This document shows positions 17,702 to 26,774 of a stretch of 31,450 nucleotides of DNA, in pieces. The stretch lies in assembly GCA_964355865.1 (NCBI GenBank), contig CAYHFH010000001.1, positions 6,184-37,633 on the forward strand, in the 5' to 3' direction. A program made the position numbers and the translations under genes. The first letter of the stretch is position 1; the number at the start of each line of letters is the position of its first letter. The stretch comes from an uncultured Gammaproteobacteria bacterium. Lineage in GTDB: Bacteria; Patescibacteriota; Microgenomatia; UBA10105; UBA927. The notes below the pieces were generated by a model. The model saw nothing but the letters and a program-made list of their open reading frames with translations, had not been told where the DNA came from and made no database searches.

Positions 17702-18949
17702 TCATACCATTGCAACTACCCGCCGTGCTGAATCTAAAGAAATGAGCGTGGGCAAATTTACGATACGCAGGGCGAAAGTTTCCGCATTCGGACACGATCC
17801 ACGCTCATACCCAAGGGTCTCCATATCCACCATGGCCGGATCGATAACATGGTTATACCAGTTTCCCAAAAGGATACCGTGCTGTTTTGCGCGCCGAATA
17901 ACCGCCGCTTGATCACGAACAACAATTGGAAACCGTAGATACACACCTCCCGGGGAATTGTTGGGTAAGGTAATATCTTTCCGGGATTGTAATGCCTCCC
18001 GATAATAGGAAACTGTTCGTCGTCGTATTGCGTTATACCGCTTGAGTTTGGAGAGTTGCCTCACCAAAAGTCTGGCAAGCGCGTTGGGGTACCGCCTTGG
18101 CATGCATGATGGCTTCGCGCCTACCAACTCCTTGCGGTCTACAGGCTTAGAGAGCAATCCCAAACGTTTGAAGCATTCAAGCATTACCTTTCCGATGATC
18201 ACAGTATAGAGAGGGAGAATCACCGCAAACGCAATCGGGTGAAATAATTGTTGTGCTATCCACGCACGCGATGGATATGGCAGCTTGCCTTGTATCTGTC
18301 GTAACTTTTTACTTTCAACTTTTAACTTTGGACTCATTATCGCCATTCCTCCCCACACGCTCGAAAGCACTTTGTCCCGGCCAAAACTAAAAAACGCCGC
18401 GTCCCCCAGAGACCCGACCTTTTGATTCTCATAGAAAGCACCCAAACTATGCGCGCAATCTTCGATCACAATGATGTTATGCGCACGGGCAATCCGCAAG
18501 AGCGCTCCCATTGCCGCCGGAATCCCGAAGGTATGTTGGATGATCATGGCCTTCGTATGGTTGGTGATTTTCTTCTGAAGATCGTTTGGATCTATGTTAA
18601 AACTTTGATCCACGTCCACATATACCGGCCGGGCGCCGGTCCACCGGACACTATTAGGGACCGCCACACAGGTAAACGCCTGGACAACGACGTCATCTCC
18701 ATGCCCAATACCGAATGCCTCGAGTATGGCATAGAGAGCTGATCGTCCACTGTCAAAAGAAACAGCAGTACGAACGCCGAAGTACTCTTGAAACCATTCC
18801 TCCACGCGGTCAATCGCGTTTCCCTTTTGCCAGCCGGCGGGACTGGCAAACGTTTGAATGGCTTCCCACACATCCCGAGCTTCCGTATTGGGAGAGAGGG
18901 ATGGAGATAGTATTTTTTGAAAATGCATGGGTTTTCGAATGTAATTCAT
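17702..18949 (-). CDS. DegT/DnrJ/EryC1/StrS family PLP-dependent aminotransferase
   Basis: SGRSAL, QAFTCVAV, VIEDCAHSLG, and SFGRDK with the PLP lysine. ATG overlaps the murF stop (ATGA). Confidence 0.9.
   Translation of the reverse strand: MNYIRKPMHFQKILSPSLSPNTEARDVWEAIQTFASPAGWQKGNAIDRVEEWFQEYFGVRTAVSFDSGRSALYAILEAFGIGHGDDVVVQAFTCVAVPNSVRWTGARPVYVDVDQSFNIDPNDLQKKITNHTKAMIIQHTFGIPAAMGALLRIARAHNIIVIEDCAHSLGAFYENQKVGSLGDAAFFSFGRDKVLSSVWGGMAIMSPKLKVESKKLRQIQGKLPYPSRAWIAQQLFHPIAFAVILPLYTVIIGKVMLECFKRLGLLSKPVDRKELVGAKPSCMPRRYPNALARLLVRQLSKLKRYNAIRRRTVSYYREALQSRKDITLPNNSPGGVYLRFPIVVRDQAAVIRRAKQHGILLGNWYNHVIDPAMVDMETLGYERGSCPNAETFALRIVNLPTLISLDSARRVVAMV
18303..18330 (+). repeat. Heptamer tandem AACTTTT-like x4 inside the DegT gene
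   Basis: AACTTTT TACTTTC AACTTTT AACTTTG; encodes PKLKVESKKL. Confidence 0.6.
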
Positions 18950-20457
18950 CTCTTCACTTCCCGCAATACCCGTTCTGACTCCTTGCCCTTAAACAGCACC
19001 GTATCGCCATCACGAAGTGTCTCCTGCAGAAATGCTGCTGCTTTGTCCGATGACAATACTTGTACCTGTACCGATGATCGCCCCGCGCGGACACCCTTCA
19101 TAAAATCTTCATAAAAATTCCTGTTTGTCAGAATGATTTCATCGCACATACGAGCCGCATACGCGCCAACATCAGTATGTCGTGTCCCCGCATACGCGCC
19201 TAATTCAATCATTGGTTGAAATACTAACATTTTCTTTCGCTTGCCCCAGGCCAAAATATCAAGAGCAGCGATCGCTGAATCCGGACTGTTGTTGAATGTA
19301 TCATTGATAGAGATAGATCCATTGATTCCCGGTATCGTACCGAGACTTTTTACGTTAGGTCGTATGGAACTGGCAGCCATAGCCGCTTCTTCCAGAGTCA
19401 TCCCAGCGGCGACAGCCCCGGCAATCGCGCAAAGAATGTTACCCACCTGATGGGTGCCGATAACCGGCGCTTTGACCCGCACCGCTGTATCCCCGGAGAC
19501 GCACGTAAATTCGATCCCTTCAAATGATGCATTTATGTCTGTACCGACAAATAGTACGTCTGCAATATCTGACTTTTGACTTTTCTGGCCATAGGCTGGT
19601 CCGCCTTTGGCGGAGACTTTTGACTTTTGACTGATGTACCCCCACACTTCTTTGCCTTCCCGTTTAGCCCAAGACGCCATCTCTCGTACACGAGCATCAT
19701 CAAGATTCATAACCGCAATATTTTTTCCTGCTATTCCTTCAATCAGTTCGTATTTGGCCTTCATTGTTGTCTCAATTGAGCCGAATAGATCCTGATGCTG
19801 CTCGTTGATGGCAGTAATGATTCCGATTTGCGGTCGGACCATCGTGGTCATTTCGGCTATCTCACCTTTCTTGTACGCACCCATTTCCACCACAAACACT
19901 TCGTGCTCCGGCATGAGACTTTTGAGAATCACTTCAGCAATACCAACGGGTGAATTACGGCTTGCTTCGGTTTTTAATACCGTAAATTTCGATGAAAGAA
20001 TGGTCGATACATATTCTTTCGTGGTTGTTTTTCCGAAACTCCCCGTGACACCGATGACCACCATCGGACGATGCCGGCGAAGTTTATCTACTGCCTTGGC
20101 AATTAGGTGTCTGTGATAGAGACGCACTGGAGCGTTGACTATACCCACAAAAATCCATGACATGGGAAAACTCATCAAATCCGCAACAGTCAAACGGAGG
20201 AGTATTGGCCATGAATTTATGAACATAATTAAACCAAAAAATATCAAATGGAAGAGAACTATAAGCGTCGACTTTGGAGTTATCGGCGGGCGCCTGTGTT
20301 CCGGCCAAAATATACGTTTGCCTTGCCGCGTACGAAGGTGAATGATCATCCTGTCCCAGCGGTATTCTTTTACCCACCAAAGTTGTGTATACGTGAGGAT
20401 ATTAGAAACGATGCGTGATCCCCACAACAGCACGATAATGATGAGAAGTGCTTCCAT
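18946..20457 (-). CDS. murF: MurF-like Mur ligase with an N-terminal membrane domain
   Basis: GVTGSFGKTTTKE, VVEMGA, IIT.INEQH, NDTFNNSP.S, MIELG and LFKG motifs. The first ~105 aa are hydrophobic helices in place of the canonical domain 1. Confidence 0.85.
   Translation of the reverse strand: MEALLIIIVLLWGSRIVSNILTYTQLWWVKEYRWDRMIIHLRTRQGKRIFWPEHRRPPITPKSTLIVLFHLIFFGLIMFINSWPILLRLTVADLMSFPMSWIFVGIVNAPVRLYHRHLIAKAVDKLRRHRPMVVIGVTGSFGKTTTKEYVSTILSSKFTVLKTEASRNSPVGIAEVILKSLMPEHEVFVVEMGAYKKGEIAEMTTMVRPQIGIITAINEQHQDLFGSIETTMKAKYELIEGIAGKNIAVMNLDDARVREMASWAKREGKEVWGYISQKSKVSAKGGPAYGQKSQKSDIADVLFVGTDINASFEGIEFTCVSGDTAVRVKAPVIGTHQVGNILCAIAGAVAAGMTLEEAAMAASSIRPNVKSLGTIPGINGSISINDTFNNSPDSAIAALDILAWGKRKKMLVFQPMIELGAYAGTRHTDVGAYAARMCDEIILTNRNFYEDFMKGVRAGRSSVQVQVLSSDKAAAFLQETLRDGDTVLFKGKESERVLREVKR
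19570..19632 (+). repeat. 63-bp composite in-frame element: GACTTTT heptamers flanking the palindrome TCCGCC-TTT-GGCGGA
   Basis: GACTTTT x2, CTGGCCATAGGCTGG, TCCGCCTTTGGCGGA, GACTTTT x2, GACT; encodes SQKSKVSAKGGPAYGQKSQKS. Confidence 0.85.
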
Positions 20458-20464
20458 AGACTGT

Positions 20465-21190
20465 CTATAATTTACCCAAAAAACGGGTTACATACGAGGC
20501 AAATTCATCAGGCTGTTTATAAGGGACACCGTGATTGGCTTCAGGAATGACAAAAAACTCCGAACCTATGATCAACCGGTGCATCCGTTCGGCAATAGAA
20601 AGAGGAACGATAATATCGTACTCACCCCACAAGAGTAACGTCGGCAAATCGATGGCTTCCATAGAGGTTACGAGGTCCTCCCGGACAATGCGTTTGAATG
20701 TTTCGCGCATGGCGCCTTCCGCACGGAAAAATTCTTTTGCCCCGACCACATAGTAGTACCACCGCCTTACCGTGTCCTGAACCAGGGAAAGCGGCGGAAT
20801 TGAAAACAAAAATCCTCCAATTTTGGCAAGTGTTATGAAAAATAGTAGTTTTTTCTTAGGAATAGGGGTAAATCCCGGAGTTCCGGATAAAATAAGTGCT
20901 CGAGTATGTTTAGGATACAATTCGTTATATTTGAGCGATACTCTTCCTCCAAATGAATGTCCAATCAAAATCGGTTGAACAATTTGATTCATTTTCAGAT
21001 ACTCATCGAGAAATCGTGCGTAATCAGAAAGCGTCAGTGGATGCTCCGGCATTTTGGAGGCACCAAAACCCGGCAAGTCCGGAGCAAATACCCGGTAGCC
21101 TTGCTTTTTCAGGCATTGTTGGAGCGGTAAAAATGTTTTACCGGATAATCCCCATCCATGGAGTATGACGATTGGCAAACTTTGCTTCAT
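20465..21190 (-). CDS. Alpha/beta fold hydrolase
   Basis: HGWG oxyanion motif, DLPGFG, nucleophile elbow GHSFG, acid in WGEYD and His in EANHG. Confidence 0.93.
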   Translation of the reverse strand: MKQSLPIVILHGWGLSGKTFLPLQQCLKKQGYRVFAPDLPGFGASKMPEHPLTLSDYARFLDEYLKMNQIVQPILIGHSFGGRVSLKYNELYPKHTRALILSGTPGFTPIPKKKLLFFITLAKIGGFLFSIPPLSLVQDTVRRWYYYVVGAKEFFRAEGAMRETFKRIVREDLVTSMEAIDLPTLLLWGEYDIIVPLSIAERMHRLIIGSEFFVIPEANHGVPYKQPDEFASYVTRFLGKL

Positions 21191-22494
21191 GAAATTTTCT
21201 GTTTGAAGAGACTGCGGTCTCCTTTAATGTTCCGTGTATTTTTCGTAATAGTCATAGATACGCCTCCGGCGGCAAAACTCCCGTCAGGAATATCGCGGTC
21301 AATCCTGAGGCCTGCCCCAATCATTGAGTTTGTCCCTATTTTTATTCCGGGCATGATGCTCGTATTGACCCCTATACGGACGTGGCTCCCGATGATTGCT
21401 CCCAGCTTCGTACGTTTTGAATTCATACGCTCTCCTTTTACCCTCGAATAAATATCACCTTCGTCAAGCCGGAGATTAGCAAGAACATTTCCTGAACCCA
21501 AACTAATATCTCCTTCAAGGACACTATCTCCGATGTAATTACTATGAAACCAACAATTATCACCGATGTAGCTTCTTGTGATATCCGTATTAAATCCCGT
21601 GACACACCCTGACCCGATCTGACTCTGACGGATAATATTATTATTGCCGATCACCGTGTTGTCTCCGATGTAGCACGGCCCAACAATTTTGGAGTTCTCA
21701 AAAATCTTCACGTTATCACCCAGATACACCGGGCCTTCAATCACCACATTATGTTTTATCTCAACATTCTTACCGCGAAACTCTGAAACGCCCGGCAGTA
21801 ATCGATCCATAATATCGAGAACATGCCATGGGTATTTCGTCGGATGCCAATACCCGTCATACGGCAAGATTTTCGCCTTACCATCTTTAAGAAGTTCGTT
21901 GAGTGCCTTTTCATACACATCATCCTGCTCACTTTTCGTGGTACGAAGTAGCTCAACAAACCTGTTGGAATCCGGAAAGTAATCAAAAACGACTTTCGCT
22001 AAATCGCTTGGCTCATTTCCCTCCCCGGGCTTTTCAACTACACCTACAACATTCGTTCCCTTTAATACATAATATCCTGTTGGAAAATACTTAATTACTT
22101 TTCTTCCGACGAGAGCGATATGGTTACCCCCAATGTTCATCGATAATTGCTCGTATAACATTTCGTCAACCAGATCTTCCGCGTTCATAATAAAACACGA
22201 TGTGTTTTTCAGAAGGGGCGCTGCTGATAGAACTGCTCCCGCCATGCCGTTTGGTGTGGGCTGAATGACGGTACGAATCGTTAAGCCACCAACCCTCAAA
22301 TGGTCAAAAATATTTTTATCTTGTGGATGAATAACAATAATCACGTCGGTCAATCCGGTCTTTTTAAGTCGATTGAGATTATGCACGAGTAGCGGCAGTC
22401 CGCAAAACGGAAACATTGACTTACTTGTCTCGATCGGCCAAAACCGCTTTCCCTCGCCTCCCGCCAATACAATAGCCACGCAATCATTTTTCAT
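21187..22494 (-). CDS. glmU: Sugar-phosphate nucleotidyltransferase with left-handed beta-helix; archaeal-type bifunctional GlmU-like
   Basis: LAGGEGKRFWP, VEKP and hexapeptide repeats. ANLRLD...KGERMNSKRTKLGAIIG..VRIGVNTSIMPG resembles archaeal GlmU. It lies directly after murA. Confidence 0.7.
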   Translation of the reverse strand: MKNDCVAIVLAGGEGKRFWPIETSKSMFPFCGLPLLVHNLNRLKKTGLTDVIIVIHPQDKNIFDHLRVGGLTIRTVIQPTPNGMAGAVLSAAPLLKNTSCFIMNAEDLVDEMLYEQLSMNIGGNHIALVGRKVIKYFPTGYYVLKGTNVVGVVEKPGEGNEPSDLAKVVFDYFPDSNRFVELLRTTKSEQDDVYEKALNELLKDGKAKILPYDGYWHPTKYPWHVLDIMDRLLPGVSEFRGKNVEIKHNVVIEGPVYLGDNVKIFENSKIVGPCYIGDNTVIGNNNIIRQSQIGSGCVTGFNTDITRSYIGDNCWFHSNYIGDSVLEGDISLGSGNVLANLRLDEGDIYSRVKGERMNSKRTKLGAIIGSHVRIGVNTSIMPGIKIGTNSMIGAGLRIDRDIPDGSFAAGGVSMTITKNTRNIKGDRSLFKQKIS

Positions 22495-23831
22495 AGTCCC
22501 TCCTCCTTTTGTCGTTCTATATGGGCTCCAAGTGTTCTGAGCCGTGCTTCTATATTCTCATATCCCCGGTCGATATGCTCTACCCCATGGAGAACACTTT
22601 GTCCCTCAGCGGCAAGAGCCGCGAGAACAAGCGTCGCGCCGGCACGCAGATCATTCATGGTGAGAATTGCGTTGTGAAGCTTGGTGGGACCATGTATACG
22701 GATGGCGTGGTGATCCCCTTCTTGATGATCTTCCCAATTAAAGTTATAAAAATCTTGAGGACCGATTACATTAGGATTGTACCCTTCAATATTCGCGCCC
22801 ATTTTTTTAAGTTCTTCGGCGTACCCAAACCGGTTTTCGAACACCGTTTCATGGATGATCGCCGCGCCTTCGGCCTGGGTCATAAGCACCGCCCACGGCG
22901 CCTGCCAGTCAGTCATAAATCCGGGATGCGGTTTGGTTTCTATATCGACGGCAAGTAAGTTTTTACCACGGCTATACCGCGTTGATGTTTGGCTTATCGC
23001 TTCGTATGTTCCCCCCGCCGCAGTAAAGGCAGTGAGAAACGCGGACAAATGCTGCCGTTGGGATCCTAATACAGTAATACTCCCACGAGTGACCGCCGCC
23101 GCTATGGCAAAGGTCACTTCTTCGTTGCGGTCGGGCATAATCGTATAGTGTGCCCCATGAAGGGAAACCACTCCTTCGATCATTATTTCCCGAGGGCTAC
23201 TCCGTACAATCTTGGCTCCCATCGAGTTTAAAACGGCAATGAGTTCATCAACCTCGACTTCTTCTGCCGCGCCTTTTATGATTGTTTTCCCGCGGGCCAA
23301 AACCGAAGCGAGCAGAATAGTCTCCGTCCCGGTATGGGAATTTTTGGCAAATTCAAAAGATATGCCGGTAAGCGCCGTTGGTGCCGTTGCGTAAAAATAT
23401 CCATCATCAGACCGATAATCGATCACGGCACCCATCTGCCGGAGTGCCGTAATATGCCGATCAATCGGACGTGCGCCAATCCGGCATCCTCCCGGGTTCG
23501 GAATCATGGCAGAGCCATACCGAGCCAGAAGTGGTCCGATGACCATGGACGAGGTCCGAAGCCGGGCTCCTAATCCCAACGGTACCCGCTGTTGGTTTGT
23601 GTGCTTGTTTGTAGCAGTCACTGTACTTCCGTGGCGAGAAATGTGGACGCCTAGGCTCTGGAGCACTTCCACCATGAGCTGCACATCGCGTATGTCCGGA
23701 ACGTTTTCTATGACGAGCTCTTCATCAGTCAGTAAGCTTGCCACGAGTACTTTAAGCGCCACGTTTTTGGCGCCTCCCAGAGTCACTTCGCCCCGCAATG
23801 GTGTCCCACCGGTGATAATAAATGTTTCCAT
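22491..23831 (-). CDS. murA: UDP-N-acetylglucosamine 1-carboxyvinyltransferase
   Basis: GAKNVAL, PGGCRIGARPIDRH with the catalytic Cys, PDRNE, PGFMTDWQ, IHETVFENRF and DLRAGA motifs. Confidence 0.98.
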   Translation of the reverse strand: METFIITGGTPLRGEVTLGGAKNVALKVLVASLLTDEELVIENVPDIRDVQLMVEVLQSLGVHISRHGSTVTATNKHTNQQRVPLGLGARLRTSSMVIGPLLARYGSAMIPNPGGCRIGARPIDRHITALRQMGAVIDYRSDDGYFYATAPTALTGISFEFAKNSHTGTETILLASVLARGKTIIKGAAEEVEVDELIAVLNSMGAKIVRSSPREIMIEGVVSLHGAHYTIMPDRNEEVTFAIAAAVTRGSITVLGSQRQHLSAFLTAFTAAGGTYEAISQTSTRYSRGKNLLAVDIETKPHPGFMTDWQAPWAVLMTQAEGAAIIHETVFENRFGYAEELKKMGANIEGYNPNVIGPQDFYNFNWEDHQEGDHHAIRIHGPTKLHNAILTMNDLRAGATLVLAALAAEGQSVLHGVEHIDRGYENIEARLRTLGAHIERQKEEGL

Positions 23832-24772
23832 TAAAATTCTCCTAAACGGACTATTTCCTCTACGAGTTCGATACCAAATTGTTCTTTCACTTTCCGGCGT
23901 GCGAGTTCAATTAATGTTACCACGTCCTGGGCGGTAGCATGGCCCGTGTTCACGATGAAGTTGGCATGCACTGGAGATATTTGAGCATCACCGATGGCTA
24001 ATCCTTTGAGACCCGCGTGATCCACGAGAAATCCCGCGGAAGTCGTTTGATTGGGGCTCGCGACCGCAATAGCCTCAGCTTGGGACAAATTACGGAATGT
24101 ACACCCGGGGCTTTTGACTCCCTGTGGTTGGCTAGCCCTCCGGTATGCGATACTTTGATTGGCAATCGTCCAAAGATCCTCCTTTTGCCCGGGGGTGAGC
24201 GCAAACACGACCCGAAGGACGATATCCCCGGTCTTTTGTATGACGCTCGTATCATAGGCAAACCGGAAATATGACCGGTCGACGATCTTCGTTTCATTCT
24301 GGGGAGTCAGAATGGTTGCCTGATAGACTACGTCCCCCACGTAACTCACGGGTTTCGTCCATTTGGAATTCATATATATTGCCCCACCAACGGTTCCGGG
24401 TAATCCTAAATGTGCTTCGAGCCCCCCCAGTCCTTCGTCGACGGTAAACCGTACAAGTTTGTTAAATAAAACTCCTGAATCGGCCTCCACATAGACAGAG
24501 CCGACTTTTTTTCCTGCCCTGTAGCTCGCTTTCATTCCGCGGATGGCGATCGACCCCGCATTGTTTTTTATGACGAGACCGCCAATACCCTTATCGCCGA
24601 TTAATATATTCGTGCCTCCTCCTAAGATAGTTATCGGTATCCCTGCCTCCCGCCCTTTTATGACTGCCGCCACGATTTCTTCGATCGTTGCCGCTTCATA
24701 AAACAATTCCGCGGGTCCACCGATCTTAAAGGTGGTATACGGGGCAAGTGATACGTCTTTTTTAAAATTCAT
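23831..24772 (-). CDS. murB: UDP-N-acetylenolpyruvoylglucosamine reductase
   Basis: TTFKIGGPA, LGGGTNIL, GLPGTVGGA..MN, SPGCTFRN, HANFIVN and LVEEI. ATG 24772 overlaps the murC stop and has GGAGG upstream. Confidence 0.96.
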   Translation of the reverse strand: MNFKKDVSLAPYTTFKIGGPAELFYEAATIEEIVAAVIKGREAGIPITILGGGTNILIGDKGIGGLVIKNNAGSIAIRGMKASYRAGKKVGSVYVEADSGVLFNKLVRFTVDEGLGGLEAHLGLPGTVGGAIYMNSKWTKPVSYVGDVVYQATILTPQNETKIVDRSYFRFAYDTSVIQKTGDIVLRVVFALTPGQKEDLWTIANQSIAYRRASQPQGVKSPGCTFRNLSQAEAIAVASPNQTTSAGFLVDHAGLKGLAIGDAQISPVHANFIVNTGHATAQDVVTLIELARRKVKEQFGIELVEEIVRLGEF

Positions 24773-26055
24773 AAGATTCCCCTCCCCCATTGATATATAT
24801 CTCCGGCTCCCATAAACACGATCACATCATTTTCTGCCAGTTCCTTTGCGAGCCACCCAGAGACGTCCTGTCTTGTGGGCACATAGATTCCCCCCAGCTT
24901 GAGCGCAAGTCCGTCATCTTTTTGAGTCTCCCGAGCTGATGCATAGATATCCGTGACGAGGGCAATATCCGCCCGAGCAAGCGCATGGGCAAAATCAGAG
25001 AGTAATGCTTTCGTCCGTGAGTAGGTATGCGGCTGAAATACGACGATGAGCCGTCTCGTAGGATACAGGTCACGAAATGCCGCAATCGTTGATTCAATTT
25101 CTTTAGGATGATGGGCATAATCGTCGTAGATGAGTGCCCCGCGCACTTCTCCTAATTTTTCAAATCGTCGTTTTGTGCCTCCAAACCGAAGGAGTCCCCG
25201 TTTCATGGTTTCCCACGCAATACCGATCCTCCCGCACGCGGCAATCGCCGCTGCGGCATTAAGCATGTTGTGTCTACCGGGGATCTGCAACGCCAATCCA
25301 TCTACTCTATCTGACAATCCAAACGTCACGGTGGAATCGCCGCCTCGCAGTACGGAACTTGCATCGTCATCTGCGCTCACAATCGTAACGTTGCTTTGTT
25401 TTTGCAGTGCAACAAACGCGCGTTGTACTGATGAGAGATCCGGATACACATCCGGATGATCATAGTCGATGTTCGTCACGACTAATATATCCGGCTTCTG
25501 CCATAAGAATCGGGGTGTGGTATCGTGTCCCGGATCCGTCACGTATTCATCTGCTTCCGCGACAAACCAATCCCCAATTCCTGCGTGTCCCGCAGCCCCC
25601 AACCCGCGGATGGCACCACAACCGATAGCATAAGAAGGATCCATGCCGGCCTCAACGAGTATCGTTGCGATCATCGCGCTTGTGGTTGTCTTTCCATGAC
25701 TTCCCGCGACACTTATTTGTTTCTTGCCTTCCATAGCTAATCCCAACGCCTTCCCGTGAGGTATAACGGGAATACCCCGTTTTACGGCCGAGAGCACCTG
25801 CGCATTCTCACTGCCGCCATGTGCCCCGGTGTAGATGAGTAAATCCGGCGCAAATAGAGCGACGTTACCCACCGCAAACCCAACGCAAACTTGAATCTCC
25901 GCCTTTTTGAGCTCTTCATCCGTGGGAAATTCTTCTGCCACATCGCTCCCGGCGACAGTCTTACCGGTCTCTTTGGCCCATAAAGCCAGAGCCGCCATGG
26001 CGACGCCTTTGATTCCCACAAAATATATCCGCTTTGATTGTTGTACTGGATTCAT
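24769..26055 (-). CDS. murC: UDP-N-acetylmuramate--L-alanine ligase
   Basis: VGIKGVAM, GSD, AGSHGKTTT, EADEY, NIDYDHPD, DDYAHHP.E, FQPHTYSRT and MGAGDI motifs. Confidence 0.96.
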   Translation of the reverse strand: MNPVQQSKRIYFVGIKGVAMAALALWAKETGKTVAGSDVAEEFPTDEELKKAEIQVCVGFAVGNVALFAPDLLIYTGAHGGSENAQVLSAVKRGIPVIPHGKALGLAMEGKKQISVAGSHGKTTTSAMIATILVEAGMDPSYAIGCGAIRGLGAAGHAGIGDWFVAEADEYVTDPGHDTTPRFLWQKPDILVVTNIDYDHPDVYPDLSSVQRAFVALQKQSNVTIVSADDDASSVLRGGDSTVTFGLSDRVDGLALQIPGRHNMLNAAAAIAACGRIGIAWETMKRGLLRFGGTKRRFEKLGEVRGALIYDDYAHHPKEIESTIAAFRDLYPTRRLIVVFQPHTYSRTKALLSDFAHALARADIALVTDIYASARETQKDDGLALKLGGIYVPTRQDVSGWLAKELAENDVIVFMGAGDIYQWGRGIL

Positions 26056-26774
26056 AGAGTGCCAAATCCTATCACAGCCATCATTTTTCCGAATGTTTCT
26101 TTCGTATCCTTTCTAAAAGAAAAAAACGTATCATGCTGACAACACGTACACGTGGGCGGCGCGTCTATATGACCCGCCGATACTCCAGCATCAATGAGTT
26201 GCCGGTAATTAACCCATCCTATATCCAAATGCCATGTTTCCTGAAATTGATACATCATTTTTTCGTCCGCACCAAAACAGTCGCCAAACAGGGCAATCCG
26301 ATCTTCCGGCACATCGTAACAACACGCGCCGATATGCGGTCCGATGACGCCGTATATTTCCGCCGTCCGAGCTCCTGCTTTGACCATGCTACTCACCGCG
26401 CGGCCGACAATATTTTCCAGGCTCCCTTTCCATCCTGCGTGGACAGCTGAGCACACGCCATTGACCGGATCTACCAATAAGACAGGAACACAATCCGCCG
26501 TCACGACTGCCACTGGTCCTTCGCGACTCACAAGTCCGTCGACCCCCGAAATGGTATCTTTCGATTGTGTATCCGTCTGACCTATGAACGTTCCATGGAT
26601 TTGCTCCGCAAAAAACGCAGGCTTTTTAAATCCCAGGGCTTTTGTAAAACGATCTCTGTTTCCGAACCTCTGTGTCATATCGCCTTGATTACGGGATGAG
26701 AATCCATGGATAACTCCACTCATCCCGGACAACAGTGTCGAACGAAAACTAACTCCGTCAAATGTATTGAGCAT
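26052..26774 (-). CDS. pgeF: Peptidoglycan editing factor PgeF (YfiH/YlmD family)
   Basis: QIHG, DGL, TADCVPVLL, HAGWKG, IGPHIG.CCY.V, CT.C and FFSFR motifs. Confidence 0.93.
   Translation of the reverse strand: MLNTFDGVSFRSTLLSGMSGVIHGFSSRNQGDMTQRFGNRDRFTKALGFKKPAFFAEQIHGTFIGQTDTQSKDTISGVDGLVSREGPVAVVTADCVPVLLVDPVNGVCSAVHAGWKGSLENIVGRAVSSMVKAGARTAEIYGVIGPHIGACCYDVPEDRIALFGDCFGADEKMMYQFQETWHLDIGWVNYRQLIDAGVSAGHIDAPPTCTCCQHDTFFSFRKDTKETFGKMMAVIGFGTL

Noticed and set aside
24880-25320. DGLAL peptide occurs twice in MurC
   Set aside because: Codons differ at most wobble positions and the match is only 5 aa; no evidence of a DNA duplication.
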